Assembly: GCA_041584215.1 (NCBI GenBank)
Contig: JBFHEM010000020.1
Coordinates: 1,568 to 65,567 of the forward strand
DNA length: 64,000 nucleotides
Direction: 5' to 3'
DNA from: Tichowtungia sp.
Lineage (GTDB): Bacteria > Verrucomicrobiota > Kiritimatiellia > Kiritimatiellales > Tichowtungiaceae
Within the stretch, counting starts at the first letter, position 1, and each line of letters opens with the position of its first letter. Of the stretch, positions 1 through 10,843 are shown piece after piece. The notes under the pieces were generated by a model that was not told the DNA's origin, did no database searches, and saw only the letters and a list, made by a program, of their open reading frames with translations. The translations under genes were made by a program, and so were the position numbers.

Positions 1-44
1 CAGAAGCCGGCCGGCGGTTGCGGGCCCGCTCCAGGCAGGAGGCA

Positions 45-1157
45 TCAGGCCTGCGCGGTCTCCAGCGTGTCCCGGACGGCGATTTCCTCCAGCGCCGCCT
101 GGCACGACCGAAAAACATTCACCACTTCCGGGTCAAAATGAGATCCGCTGCAGCGGAGAATTTCTTCCAGCGCCTGTTCCGCAGACGTGGCGGGCTTGTA
201 GACCCGAACCGAGCGCATGGCATCGTAGGCGTCCACGACAGCAAAAATCCGGGCGCCCAGGCAGATGGCATTGCCCGCAAGCCCGCGCGGATATCCCGAT
301 CCGTCAAATTTTTCGTGATGGGAGAGGACCAGCGCGGCCGCCCCGGCGAGGTAGGCGCTCGCCTTGATGATGTCGTAGCCGATTTGCGGGTGGGTCTTCA
401 TCACCGCCCACTCCGGCTCAGTCAGCGAGCCGGGTTTGAGCAGAATCGCATCGGGCAGGGCGATTTTTCCGATGTCGTGAAGCAGGGTTCCGAGGGCGAT
501 ATCATGGAGTTCGGGTTTCGAGATGCCCATTTTCCGGGCAAGGATCAGGGCGAATTCCCGGACGCGCACGCTGTGCCGGGCGGTGGTCTGCTCGCGTGCG
601 TCGAGCATCGCGACCAGCGCCTCCAGGCTGAAGTTGTACGATTCGCGGATTTCCCGGCAGGCCCGGACGAGCTCCGCGCTTTTTTCCTGCACCATGTCTT
701 CGAGGTGCAGCTGATAGCGCCGGTTTTCGGCGGTCAGCCGCCGGTTTTCGTCGCGAACCCGTTTGATTTCCACCGCCCTCGACACGGAGCGGAAGAGCTG
801 CGCCGAGGAAACGGGCTTGGTCAGGTAGTCCACGGCCGATCCGGTGCGCACGGCCTCCGATGCGGTTTCCAGGTTCGGGTTGCCGGTGATCAGGATGAAC
901 GGAATGTCGGGCGCTTTCTCATCCTGTTTTTTAAGGAGATCGATGCCGGAAAGGCCGGGCATGATGATATCGGCGACGACGACATCGAAGCTGCCGCCGC
1001 TCAGTTTTTGCTGGGCGGAGTGAGCGTCTTCTGCAGTGTCGACCTGGTAGCCGGAATCTTTGAGAAGCACGTCGAACAGTCTGCAGATGCCGGGGTCGTC
1101 ATCGACCACCAGAATCCGTGCGGGGTTGGGTCTTTCCGAATCTGCCGACTGGTTCAT
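45..1157 (-). CDS. Response regulator with HD-GYP c-di-GMP phosphodiesterase domain
   Basis: N-terminal REC (ILVVDDD..DIIMPG..LTKP); LHDIGK, HHEKFDGSGYP and AVVDAYDAM motifs. Confidence 0.92.
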   Translation of the reverse strand: MNQSADSERPNPARILVVDDDPGICRLFDVLLKDSGYQVDTAEDAHSAQQKLSGGSFDVVVADIIMPGLSGIDLLKKQDEKAPDIPFILITGNPNLETASEAVRTGSAVDYLTKPVSSAQLFRSVSRAVEIKRVRDENRRLTAENRRYQLHLEDMVQEKSAELVRACREIRESYNFSLEALVAMLDAREQTTARHSVRVREFALILARKMGISKPELHDIALGTLLHDIGKIALPDAILLKPGSLTEPEWAVMKTHPQIGYDIIKASAYLAGAAALVLSHHEKFDGSGYPRGLAGNAICLGARIFAVVDAYDAMRSVRVYKPATSAEQALEEILRCSGSHFDPEVVNVFRSCQAALEEIAVRDTLETAQA

Positions 1158-2068
1158 AACGCCTCCTTTTCCACCCGGTTGCGACCTCCCTGCTTGGCCC
1201 GGTACAGCGCCGCATCCGCGCTCTGAAGAATGTCGCTGTCGGTGCGGCCGCTGCGGTGGGCCGCCACGCCGAAGCTGGCTGTCAGGCGGACCGCCCCGGG
1301 GAAATCGTACCCTTCGTAGTCGTGCCGCAGCCGGTCCGCCAGCTGCAGCGCGGTATCGAGCCCTGTTTCCGGGCAGAGGACCAGGAACTCATCGCCGCCC
1401 CAGCGGCCCGGAATATCGGTGGTGCGCAGCGCCGCCTGCAGCCACGCCGACATTTGTACCAGAACGTCGTCTCCCGCGCTATGGCCGTAGCGGTCGTTGA
1501 CGGTTTTGAAATGATCGATGTCGAACAGAATGGCCGAAAACGGGCGGCCGTAGCGCCCGGCCCGCTCCACTTCCAGGCGGAAGTTTTCGTCCAGCTTGCG
1601 CCGGTTGTACAGGCCGGTCAGCGGGTCCCGGGCGGCGAGGTCGGCCAGCGCCTGGTTGGTGAGGGCCAGCTCGGCCAGCGCCTGCTGCAGGGAGATGTGG
1701 GTGCGGACCCGGGCCCGGATCACCGATGGGCAGACCGGCTTGACAATGTAGTCCACGGCGCCCAGGTCGAGGCCGCGCGCCTCCTCTTTTTCCATTTGCA
1801 TCGCCGTGATGAAGATGACCGGAATATCCCGGGTTTGCGGCTGTCGCTTGAGCCGCCGGCACACCTCGTAGCCGTCCATTCCCGGCATCCGGATATCGAG
1901 CAGAATCAGGTGCGGCGCGGGGTTTTCGACCGCCAGCCGCAGCGCCGTATCCCCGTCCGGCGCGGTTTGAACAATCCACTCCGGTTCCAGGATTTTTTTT
2001 AGAGCGAGCGCATTGGAGCGCAGATCGTCCACAACCAGGACTGTTTGCCTATAGATTGTATTTTTCAT
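1154..2068 (-). CDS. Response regulator diguanylate cyclase (REC-GGDEF)
   Basis: REC domain, DPLTGLYNRR, RTTD I-site five residues before GGDEF; stop overlaps the next ATG; start placed at MKNTIY. Confidence 0.92.
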   Translation of the reverse strand: MKNTIYRQTVLVVDDLRSNALALKKILEPEWIVQTAPDGDTALRLAVENPAPHLILLDIRMPGMDGYEVCRRLKRQPQTRDIPVIFITAMQMEKEEARGLDLGAVDYIVKPVCPSVIRARVRTHISLQQALAELALTNQALADLAARDPLTGLYNRRKLDENFRLEVERAGRYGRPFSAILFDIDHFKTVNDRYGHSAGDDVLVQMSAWLQAALRTTDIPGRWGGDEFLVLCPETGLDTALQLADRLRHDYEGYDFPGAVRLTASFGVAAHRSGRTDSDILQSADAALYRAKQGGRNRVEKEAL

Positions 2069-2249
2069 GAGGTACCGCTTCAGAATAGCACAGTAAACCA
2101 ATTAATCAAACGGACTTTAAATAGGATATTTTCAAAGCGTGCGCCGGACCGGCCGGTTTTTCCAATGTCTGGAAAGAGAAACGCTTGTGCCCCGCCCCGC
2201 GCCGCTGTTACAGTCCTCCGTCTTTATAAAACCCAAGGAGTACTCACAA

Positions 2250-2909
2250 ATGAATATATTGCATGTCTGTGCCAATCCGAAGCCGACCGAGCAGTCTGTC
2301 TCCAAACAGCTCGCCGCACGGTTTTTCGGAAAGCTGATGGAGCTCAACCCGGATGTGGAGTTGAACAATATCGACCTCTATCATGATAAACCGCCGTATT
2401 ACTCCAATGACCTTTACCGGCGCATGTGGAACCCGGTCTTTGATCCGACCTACGAGCCGTCCAAAGCCGAGGAGGCCGCCGCCCACTATGCCACCAAACA
2501 GGCCGAGCAGTTCAACGCCGCCGATGTCCTCGTGCTCACGATGCCGATGTGGAACTTCTCCGCGCCGGCGGTGATGAAAGCCTGGATGGATCAGGTGCTG
2601 GCTCCGGGATACGTTTTTGACCTGAGCGAAGAGGGCCCGAAACCGCTTCACCAAATCAAAACGCTGGTCCTGCTGGTCGCCTCCGGCGGCGTTTACAAAG
2701 AGGACGACGAGCGCGACGCGCTCTCCAGCCAGGTGAGCGCCGCCTTCGGTTTCATCGGCATTGACGACATCCGCATCGCCTGGGCCGACGGCCAGAACCC
2801 GCTGTTCTGCAGCGACTGCCAAACCCGCCGCGAAATGGCCTTTGATGCCGCCGAAGAGCTGGCCGAGGAACTGGCTGAAGAGCTGACCGAGGAAAGCGCG
2901 GAAGGATAA
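2250..2909 (+). CDS. azoR: FMN-dependent NADH-azoreductase / flavodoxin-like fold protein
   Basis: MNILHV..S.S, PMWNFSAPAVMKAWMD, SGG motifs; AAGGAG RBS before ATG 2250. Confidence 0.8.
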   Translation: MNILHVCANPKPTEQSVSKQLAARFFGKLMELNPDVELNNIDLYHDKPPYYSNDLYRRMWNPVFDPTYEPSKAEEAAAHYATKQAEQFNAADVLVLTMPMWNFSAPAVMKAWMDQVLAPGYVFDLSEEGPKPLHQIKTLVLLVASGGVYKEDDERDALSSQVSAAFGFIGIDDIRIAWADGQNPLFCSDCQTRREMAFDAAEELAEELAEELTEESAEG

Positions 2910-2911
2910 GA

Positions 2912-3056
2912 GGATGAATGGATCAATGGATTGGCGGATGAATGGGTGTCAATAATCCGGCAAATTACCGAGCCGGTAATCCATTGATCCATTCAACCGC
3001 CAATCCAGTAATCTATCGATCCGGTAATCCACCAATCCAGTAATCCATCCATCCAT
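2912..3056. repeat. Inverted arrays of degenerate 8-mers (GGATGAAT / TAATCCAN)
   Basis: GGATGAAT-GGATCAAT-GGATTGGC-GGATGAAT followed by about ten complementary 8-mers such as TAATCCAT, CAATCCAG. Confidence 0.8.
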
Positions 3057-3066
3057 GCAGTCATCC

Positions 3067-3702
3067 ATGTCTCCTGTTTTTGTCAAAATCTGCGGAATCT
3101 GCTCCAGGAAAGACCTGGAGCAGATTTGTGCATTAGGGCCTGATGCCATCGGCTTTATTCTCTGGCCGAAGTCCAAACGCTATGTCCGGCCCCGGCAGCT
3201 CGCGCTGTGGCTGCCGGCCATTCCCGAGGGCATCAAGAAGGTCGGCGTGTTCGTCGAACCGACCGCGGACGAGGCGGAGGCGGTTGCGCGCGAGTGTGAG
3301 CTCGATGTGCTGCAGATTCACCAGACGTCCAATGCCTGGAAAATCGACCGCCCGCTTTTCCAGGGGCTGGAAATCTGGCTGTCGCCCAAAATGGAGGAGA
3401 CGGTTTCGCCCGCAGTGCTGCAGGCGGTGGAGCCCGAGCCGTCCGTTCTGCTGGCCGACGCGTTCGACCCGAAAACCATTGGCGGCACCGGAACACTGGG
3501 CAACTGGGATGCCGCCGTGCAGATGAAGCAAACCCTGGGCAAGCCGCTTCTGCTGGCCGGCGGACTGAATCCCGACAACGTGGCGGAAGCCATCGACATG
3601 GTTCAGCCGTGGGGCGTCGACGTCAGTTCCGGCGTCGAAAAAGAACCGGGTGTGAAAAACATCCGCAAAGTCAAAAAATTCATCGCCGCCGCGCGCGGCT
3701 GA
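3067..3702 (+). CDS. trpF: Phosphoribosylanthranilate isomerase
   Basis: VKICGI, GGTG..W, LAGGLNPDNV, GVDVSSGVE..PG.K motifs. Confidence 0.95.
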   Translation: MSPVFVKICGICSRKDLEQICALGPDAIGFILWPKSKRYVRPRQLALWLPAIPEGIKKVGVFVEPTADEAEAVARECELDVLQIHQTSNAWKIDRPLFQGLEIWLSPKMEETVSPAVLQAVEPEPSVLLADAFDPKTIGGTGTLGNWDAAVQMKQTLGKPLLLAGGLNPDNVAEAIDMVQPWGVDVSSGVEKEPGVKNIRKVKKFIAAARG

Positions 3703-4291
3703 GGCGGCCTGTTCCTGCCTGAACCCATCCCGCCGGCCCGGCGCGGGCACCTCGCATCGGTCGCGGCCCGGGTTCCCGGTGCCGGTTGACGGCCTGCCTG
3801 CCCCGATGACGAACCGGTCCCGGAAATGCGGACCGCCGTCCGCAATGCCCTTCCTCCGGTTCCAAGGTTTTGAGATGCGAACAGGTTGTTGAGCAGTGTG
3901 TTCAAGAAAAAAACGTTTAATTGCTTGACCTAAACATGCATATCATACAATAAAAAAGACATACCTTTTAAATAAGTATTGAAAAAATCGCGGCGCGATG
4001 CAAAAAGCAATTATTCCGGGCTGAAAGTAAACGCCGGCACCATTCATGCTTGTATTTTTAAGCGGTGCAGCCGGTTCTCACGCAGGAGAGGGCCGTGCGG
4101 CGAACAGAAAAAAGGCGGGGAAATGCGTAAAACAAGGGGTCTGTCGATCGATCGCAGCAGCAGACGGTGCGCGCCGGCAAATGCACGGCGCAGGAGATAC
4201 GGACTGCCAGGGGGCCGGCCGCGCACGCTCCCGCATGGACTTTCATCCCTGTGCGAACCCGGTGCAACAGATTAAAAGAGCGCCACTGATC

Positions 4292-7200
4292 ATGAAAAAA
4301 ACACACAATTCAGCCCCCCGAACCAGCCGAATTGGAATTCTGTTCAAGACCGCCCTGCTCTCCTGGGTCGTTACGATTCTGACCGTCGGGATGTTTGCGG
4401 CTGTCACACTGCCTTCACAGAAAAAGACCTTTCTTGAAAATCTGGAGTCCAAAGCCGGCGTGCTCTCCCTCTCCCTGAAGGGTTTGGCTGAAGGTGCCGT
4501 GGCCGCGGAAAACTACGACAGCGTGGTCAACCACTGCGCCAATCTTGTTGCCGGGGATGAATCCATCGAGTTTATCGTCTTGACCCGCAACGACGGCTTT
4601 TCGCTGATACAGACCCGCGAGGGCTGCAGCCGCGGACCGCTGTCGCCGGCCTGGTATTCGAGAGACCGGACGGTCTCTTCTCATATAGAGCATCCGAAAC
4701 TGGTCGATCTCGATGTGTTCAAATACTCGTTTCCCCTGGACAGCAACCGGGTGCCGTGGGGCTGGATACACATCGGACTGTCGATCGACTCCTACCTGGC
4801 CAATGTCCGGGGAAGCTATATCCGCACGGCCTCGCTCGGCGGAATCTGCATTCTGATCGGGCTGCTGGTGTCGGTGGTTCATGCCATGCGCATCGTAAAA
4901 CCGATTCTGAATCTGCGCAATGTGGCCCGGCAGGTCGCGAACGGAGACCTCAACGCGCGTGCTCAGGTCCACAGCGGCGATGAAGTCGAGGCCCTGGCGG
5001 TCGCGTTCAATTCGATGACCCAGACGGTGCAGGACCGCGAGAAGCATGTGCGCAGACAGAATCTGACGCTGGCGTCTCTCGTGGCCGACCCCGCGCTGCA
5101 TTCCGGCAATATCCGTTCCGCCGCGGCCCGAATCACCGAGGCCGGCGCTCAAACCATCGGGGTGGCCCGCGCCGGAATCTGGCTGTTTACGGAGGATCTG
5201 TCCGGCATCGAATGCATCGATCAGTTCAACAGCGAGACCGCCTCTCACCAGCTGGGTGACAGGCTCAATCGGTCCGGCAGCGAACCCTATTTCACTGCCA
5301 TGCAGCAGTCCCGCACCCTCTCGGTGGAAGATGCCGCCACCGATCCGCGGACGGCCTGCCTGGCCGGTCACTATCTGGAGCCCGCACACATTTCATCCCT
5401 GCTGGATGCCCCGATCCGGAGAGGAGGGGCTGTTGTGGGCGTGGTGCGCCATGAGCACACCGGACCGTTGCGCCGCTGGACGCTGGAGGAGGAGAATTTC
5501 GCCGGGTCGGTTGCCGACCTGACGGCGCTGGCACTCGAGGCGGCCGACCGGCAGGCGGTGCAGCAGGCCCTGCGGTCCGCCAAAGATGCGGCGGAGGCCG
5601 CCAGCGAAGCCAAGTCCCGATTCCTGGCCAACATGAGCCATGAAATCCGCACGCCGCTCAACGGGGTGGTCGGCATGCTCAAGCTTCTGCGGACAGGCCA
5701 GCTGGACAACCAGCAGAAGCGCTTTGTCAACAAAGGCATTATTTCGGCCAAGGCCCTGCTGGTCGTCATCAATGATGTGCTTGATTTTTCGAAGATCGAA
5801 GCGGGAAAGCTGGAGCTCGAGATGCTGCCGATCGACATCGTTGAAATCACCGAAAACACGGTTCAGACCTTCGCCTTCCGGGCCGAGGAGAAAAATCTGG
5901 ATCTGGTCTGCTCCTTTCACCGCGATGTCCCCTCCATGGTGATCGGCGATCCCACCCGCATCGGACAGGTGCTGAGCAATCTGATCAGCAATGCCATCAA
6001 ATTCACCAAGCACGGCAGTGTAACGATTCGGGTGGGCATCGAACATGAAGATGCGGAGTCCGTCGAGCTCGGGTTCCGCGTGGAAGATACGGGCGTGGGC
6101 ATCGCACCCGGTGAACGCGAACGCATCTTTGAACCGTTCCTTCAGGCAGACAGTTCCACCACCCGCCGCTTCGGCGGCACGGGACTCGGGCTCGGAATCT
6201 GCCGCAACCTGGTCCATCTGATGGGGGGCGAAATTCATGTGGACAGTCAGCCCGGTGCCGGATCCGTCTTTCGTTTCACGACCCGTTTCCTCAAAGTGTC
6301 GCAGAGCCGCAACGTCTGCAGCATCAAGGATATGCGGGTTTTGGTGGTCGATGACCACGCCGGCACCCGCGAGGTTCTGTGCTATGCGCTCGAATCGTGG
6401 GGCGGGCACCCCGCCGAAGCGGAAGACGGAACCGCCGCGCTCAAACTCATGCGCAGCTCTCACAAGCAGAACCACCCGTTTGACCTGGTGATCATCGATT
6501 GGAATATGCCCGGCATGAGCGGAGAGGAACTGGGCCGGCGGATTCAGGCGGATCCGCTGCTGGCCGGGATCCCGCTGATTTTGCTCAGCTCGATCGGGGA
6601 AGTGGACGGCAGCCATTTGCAGCAGGCCGGGTTCGCCACGTGGCTGTCCAAGCCCGCCCGCCAGTCCGAGCTCTATGATGCGATCCTCAATGCCGTCAAT
6701 AAAACATCCGGTCCGGAGACGGCGATCCGGCTGGAGTCCGGCCGCCGGACGGCACTGCGCCCGGGACTGCAGATTCTGCTGGCGGAAGACAACGAGATCA
6801 ACCAGGAGGTGGTCGACGAAATCCTGAAAGCCTCGGGGTGTGTATGCCGGATCGTCAATAACGGGCGCGAAGCGGTCGAGGCGCTGGAGGCCCGCCCGTA
6901 CGATGCGGTGTTAATGGACTGCATGATGCCGGAGATGGACGGCTATCAGGCCTCCCTCCTGATTCGCGAGAAAGAAAAAGGCAGCGCGCAGCGCATCCCG
7001 ATCATCGCGCTCACCGCCAATGCCATGAAAGGCGACCGCGAGCAGTGCCTCCAGGCCGGAATGGATGATTACCTCAGCAAGCCTCTCGACCCGGACCGGA
7101 CTCTGGAAGTGATCCGCAAATGGACCGAAAAAAAAGACGGCACTCAACCGCCCGTTCAAGGCCCGGCCCTTTCCGGGCCGGCCGACCTGCAGGAGATGGT

Positions 7201-7534
7201 GCGCTTTGACCGCAACGCCCTGCTGAAGCGGTGCATGGGAAACCGGAACCTGGCGGAGAAGCTGATCGAAAAGTTCCTCGATCAGGCCGACCATGACCTG
7301 CGCGAGCTGTCCGCCGCCTTCGCAAACGGCGAAACCGCCGGTGTGATTGCGATGACCCATCGGATCAAGGGGGCCGCCGCCAACCTTTCAATGGATCGCC
7401 TGAGTCAAATCGCCGGGCAGGCCGAAGCCCGTGCGCGGGCCGGCCGGCTGGACGGTATGAGTGAAGAAATCGAGACCCTGAAGACCGAAATGCTGCGGAT
7501 CCAGGACTATTTTTCATCGAATGAAAAGACGTGA
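4292..7534 (+). CDS. Hybrid sensor histidine kinase (TM-HAMP-GAF-HisKA-HATPase-REC-REC-Hpt)
   Basis: FLANMSHEIRTPLNG H-box, NAIKFT, DTGVG, GGTGLGL, two REC domains, C-terminal HRIKGAAANL Hpt; start placed at MKKTH. Confidence 0.93.
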   Translation: MKKTHNSAPRTSRIGILFKTALLSWVVTILTVGMFAAVTLPSQKKTFLENLESKAGVLSLSLKGLAEGAVAAENYDSVVNHCANLVAGDESIEFIVLTRNDGFSLIQTREGCSRGPLSPAWYSRDRTVSSHIEHPKLVDLDVFKYSFPLDSNRVPWGWIHIGLSIDSYLANVRGSYIRTASLGGICILIGLLVSVVHAMRIVKPILNLRNVARQVANGDLNARAQVHSGDEVEALAVAFNSMTQTVQDREKHVRRQNLTLASLVADPALHSGNIRSAAARITEAGAQTIGVARAGIWLFTEDLSGIECIDQFNSETASHQLGDRLNRSGSEPYFTAMQQSRTLSVEDAATDPRTACLAGHYLEPAHISSLLDAPIRRGGAVVGVVRHEHTGPLRRWTLEEENFAGSVADLTALALEAADRQAVQQALRSAKDAAEAASEAKSRFLANMSHEIRTPLNGVVGMLKLLRTGQLDNQQKRFVNKGIISAKALLVVINDVLDFSKIEAGKLELEMLPIDIVEITENTVQTFAFRAEEKNLDLVCSFHRDVPSMVIGDPTRIGQVLSNLISNAIKFTKHGSVTIRVGIEHEDAESVELGFRVEDTGVGIAPGERERIFEPFLQADSSTTRRFGGTGLGLGICRNLVHLMGGEIHVDSQPGAGSVFRFTTRFLKVSQSRNVCSIKDMRVLVVDDHAGTREVLCYALESWGGHPAEAEDGTAALKLMRSSHKQNHPFDLVIIDWNMPGMSGEELGRRIQADPLLAGIPLILLSSIGEVDGSHLQQAGFATWLSKPARQSELYDAILNAVNKTSGPETAIRLESGRRTALRPGLQILLAEDNEINQEVVDEILKASGCVCRIVNNGREAVEALEARPYDAVLMDCMMPEMDGYQASLLIREKEKGSAQRIPIIALTANAMKGDREQCLQAGMDDYLSKPLDPDRTLEVIRKWTEKKDGTQPPVQGPALSGPADLQEMVRFDRNALLKRCMGNRNLAEKLIEKFLDQADHDLRELSAAFANGETAGVIAMTHRIKGAAANLSMDRLSQIAGQAEARARAGRLDGMSEEIETLKTEMLRIQDYFSSNEKT

Positions 7535-7553
7535 ATTCAACGGGGGCGGGGGA

Positions 7554-9476
7554 ATGGAAAAAGAAATGAATGAAAAACAGGCGCGGGTTTTTGTGGCCGA
7601 CGATGACGCCACGGTCCGCATGCTGGCACGGGAGTGCCTGGAGGCTGCCGGATTTCAGGTTGAGGAGGCGGAAAACGGACGCCGGGCGCTTGACCGGATC
7701 GCCGTCATCCAGCCGGACGTGGTGATCCTCGATGTGATGATGCCGGAACTCGACGGCTATGAGGTCTGCCGCCAGGTCCGCAAAATGCCCGGCAACGACA
7801 CCCTGCCGATTCTGATGATGACCGCCCTCGATGATGTGGAATCGATCCACTCTGCCTATACCGCCGGCGCATCCGAATTCACCACCAAACCGGTCAACTG
7901 GACGGTTGAAAGCTACCGGCTGAACAATATGCTCCGCTTCGCCGGGGCCATCCGGCAGATTGAACTCTCCCGCCAGGAATGGGAGCGCACCTTCAATTCA
8001 CTCGATGAGCTCGTCATTGTCTACGACGATCAGATGAGTATCATTCAGGCCAACCATGCGGCCCGCACCGCCGTGCGGACCCCCATGGGGGATATTCTGG
8101 GCAGAACCTGTTCGGACGTGTTCCGCCGTGAGGGATCCGACTGCAGCAGGTGCCCGATTAAGGAGTCGCTGGCCAGCGGAAAGAAAACCGCGCTGGAGTG
8201 GGCGGCCCCCTGCTTTGGAGGGATCTTTCTGGTTTCGATTTTCCCGGTGTCGAACGGCGAAACCAGACCGGGTCAGGTGGTTTGCCTGACCAAGGACATT
8301 ACGGAACGCAAACGGCTGGACAATGAGCTGCGCTGCGCACAGAAGATGGATGCCATCGGCACGCTCTCCGAAGGGCTGGCGCACGACTTCAACAATCTGC
8401 TGCAGATTATCAACGGCTATGCCGAAGTGAGCCTGAAGGAGCTGCCGCCGGAGAGCGCTCTCTGGAAAAATGTGGACACCATCCGCAAGGCGGCATGGCG
8501 CGGGGGAGAGATCACCCGGCAGCTGATGGCTGTCGGCCGCAACGTGGAGAGCCGGCCCGCTCCGCTGATGCTCAATCAGACGGTGACGGAGATGGTGGGC
8601 CTGCTGAAGCGCACCTTCCCGAGATCGATCACCATGGCGGTGAGCCTGGCGGAGAACCTGAACTGGGTGAATGCAGACGCCGCCCAGATTGAACAGGTTG
8701 TTATGAATTTGGCGGTGAACGCGAAGCACGCCATGCCGCAGGGCGGCGAGCTGATTTTTGAGACCTGGAATGTGGAGCTGGATGCCGCCTACTGCCGGAT
8801 GCACCCCAGCGTGAAGTCGGGAAAATACGTCATGCTGTCGGTGACAGACAGCGGATGCGGGATGGATGCGAAAACCCAGGAGCGGATTTTCGAGCCGTTC
8901 TTTTCGACGCGCTCGTCGAGCGAAGGCACCGGCCTCGGGCTGTCCATGGTCTACGGGATCATCCGCAAGCACGATGGATACACGCTGTGCTACAGCGAGC
9001 AGGGGCAGGGAACCACATTTAAAATTTATTTGCCGGCGCTGGAATCCGAGGGCGGGCCGCCCGTCGATAAGACGGCTGAGCAGCACATATTGACCGGGAA
9101 CGATGAGCTCGTTCTGCTGGTCGATGACGAGCCCGATATCCGGAATATCGCCAAAAACTTTCTTTTGCGCGTCGGCTACAGCGTGCTGCTGGCGGCCAAC
9201 GGGCAGGAGGCGCTGGATATCATTAGAGAGGAGAAGGACCGGATTGATTTGATGGTTCTCGATTTGAACATGCCCGTCATGGGAGGGCTGGAGTGCCTGG
9301 ACCGGCTGCGGGCGGGCGGCTCGAAACTTCCGGTGCTGCTGGCGAGCGGATTCGCCCTCAACGAAGAGAGCCGGAAGCGGCTGGATGACACGGTGGATTA
9401 TCTCAACAAACCGTATCAAATGAACGAGTTTCTGCAGAAGATCGGCCTGATGCTGAAGAACCGGTGTGTGAGCTGA
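7554..9476 (+). CDS. Hybrid histidine kinase (REC-PAS-HisKA-HATPase-REC)
   Basis: AHDFNNLL H-box, DSGCGMD, GTGLGL, REC domains at both ends; exact start uncertain (7521-7567). Confidence 0.9.
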   Translation: MEKEMNEKQARVFVADDDATVRMLARECLEAAGFQVEEAENGRRALDRIAVIQPDVVILDVMMPELDGYEVCRQVRKMPGNDTLPILMMTALDDVESIHSAYTAGASEFTTKPVNWTVESYRLNNMLRFAGAIRQIELSRQEWERTFNSLDELVIVYDDQMSIIQANHAARTAVRTPMGDILGRTCSDVFRREGSDCSRCPIKESLASGKKTALEWAAPCFGGIFLVSIFPVSNGETRPGQVVCLTKDITERKRLDNELRCAQKMDAIGTLSEGLAHDFNNLLQIINGYAEVSLKELPPESALWKNVDTIRKAAWRGGEITRQLMAVGRNVESRPAPLMLNQTVTEMVGLLKRTFPRSITMAVSLAENLNWVNADAAQIEQVVMNLAVNAKHAMPQGGELIFETWNVELDAAYCRMHPSVKSGKYVMLSVTDSGCGMDAKTQERIFEPFFSTRSSSEGTGLGLSMVYGIIRKHDGYTLCYSEQGQGTTFKIYLPALESEGGPPVDKTAEQHILTGNDELVLLVDDEPDIRNIAKNFLLRVGYSVLLAANGQEALDIIREEKDRIDLMVLDLNMPVMGGLECLDRLRAGGSKLPVLLASGFALNEESRKRLDDTVDYLNKPYQMNEFLQKIGLMLKNRCVS

Positions 9477-9590
9477 CGGGCGGACCCGATCAGGCCGCGG
9501 CCCGCGGCGCGGCCAAAACAACGCCGCGCCGCTTCTTTTCCTGCATCCTTTTTGTGGAAAAGACCGCGGTATTCACCTATCGTCGCTCCC

Positions 9591-10793
9591 ATGAAACCGA
9601 CCCAACCTGACAGACACGGACACTTCGGCCCCTACGGCGGCATGTTTGTGCCCGAAACCCTCATGGAGCCGCTCAACGAGCTGACGCGCGTTTATAAAGA
9701 GGCGCGCAAAGATCCATCCTTCAAAAAGGAACTCGACTATTACCTGCGCGAATACGTCGGCCGCCCGACCCCGCTCTACTTCGCCGAACGCATGACCCGC
9801 GAGCTCGGCGGACCCAAAATCTATCTCAAGCGCGAGGACCTCTGCCACACCGGTGCGCACAAGATCAACAACTCGATGGGCCAGATCCTGCTCGCCAAAC
9901 GAATGGGCAAAACGCGCATCATCGCCGAAACCGGCGCGGGCCAGCACGGCGTCGCCACCGCCACCGTCGCCGCCATGTTCGGCATGGAGTGCGTCGTCTA
10001 CATGGGCAAGGTCGACATGGAGCGCCAGGCGCTCAATGTCTTCCGCATGGAAAACCTCGGCGCCAAAGTCGTCGCCGTCACCGCCGGGCAGCAGACCCTC
10101 AAAGAGGCCGTCAACGAAGCCATGCGCGACTGGGTTTCCAATGTTCGGAACACCCACTACATCCTCGGCTCCGCGCTCGGCTCGCACCCGTACCCGATGA
10201 TGGTGCGCGACTTTCAGAGTGTGATCGGCAAAGAGGCGCGCAAACAGATCCTCAAGGCGGAAGGCCGCCTGCCGACCGCACTCGTCGCCTGCGTCGGCGG
10301 CGGCAGCAACTCCATCGGCCTGTTCCACCCCTTTATTAAGGACGAAGGCGTCCGCATGATCGGCGTCGAGGCCGGCGGCTTCGGCATTTCAACCGGCGAG
10401 CACGCCGCGCGTTTCGCCGACGGCAAAGTCGGCATCCTGCAGGGCACCCAGAGCTATGTGCTGCAGGACGACGACGGCCAGATCCGCCTGACCCATTCGA
10501 TCAGCGCCGGACTCGACTACGCCACGGTCGGCCCCGAACACGCGCTGCTCCACGACCTCCAGCGCGCCGAGTACACCTCGGTCGACGACACCGAGGCCGT
10601 AGTTGACGGATTCGACAGGCTGGCGCGCTGGGAAGGCATCCTGCCGGCGCTCGAAAGCTCCCACGCCGTCGCCTGGGTCGTCAACAACGCGCAGGAATTC
10701 TCCCAAGACGACCTGCTGATCATCAATCTCTCCGGCCGCGGCGACAAAGACGTGCAGCAGATCGCCGAGTGGAAAGCGAAACGTAATGCGTAA
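9591..10793 (+). CDS. trpB: Tryptophan synthase beta chain
   Basis: [47 protein letters not shown]. Confidence 0.98.
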   Translation: MKPTQPDRHGHFGPYGGMFVPETLMEPLNELTRVYKEARKDPSFKKELDYYLREYVGRPTPLYFAERMTRELGGPKIYLKREDLCHTGAHKINNSMGQILLAKRMGKTRIIAETGAGQHGVATATVAAMFGMECVVYMGKVDMERQALNVFRMENLGAKVVAVTAGQQTLKEAVNEAMRDWVSNVRNTHYILGSALGSHPYPMMVRDFQSVIGKEARKQILKAEGRLPTALVACVGGGSNSIGLFHPFIKDEGVRMIGVEAGGFGISTGEHAARFADGKVGILQGTQSYVLQDDDGQIRLTHSISAGLDYATVGPEHALLHDLQRAEYTSVDDTEAVVDGFDRLARWEGILPALESSHAVAWVVNNAQEFSQDDLLIINLSGRGDKDVQQIAEWKAKRNA

Positions 10794-10843
10794 CGAGTCA
10801 TACGTAATAAGGGGAAATCCCAATTACGAATGACTCGTTATGC
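10788..10843. repeat. Hairpin built from CGTAAT-like heptamers, after trpB
   Basis: GCGTAACGAGTCATACGTAAT ... ATTACGAATGACTCGTTATGC, 19/21 complementary. Confidence 0.75.

Noticed and set aside
7998-9521. Long antisense ORFs (also 18-1226, 14342-16330, 19458-20987, 31324-33102, 37909-39447)
   Set aside because: Shadow frames of well-supported genes in GC-rich DNA, with no motifs of their own.
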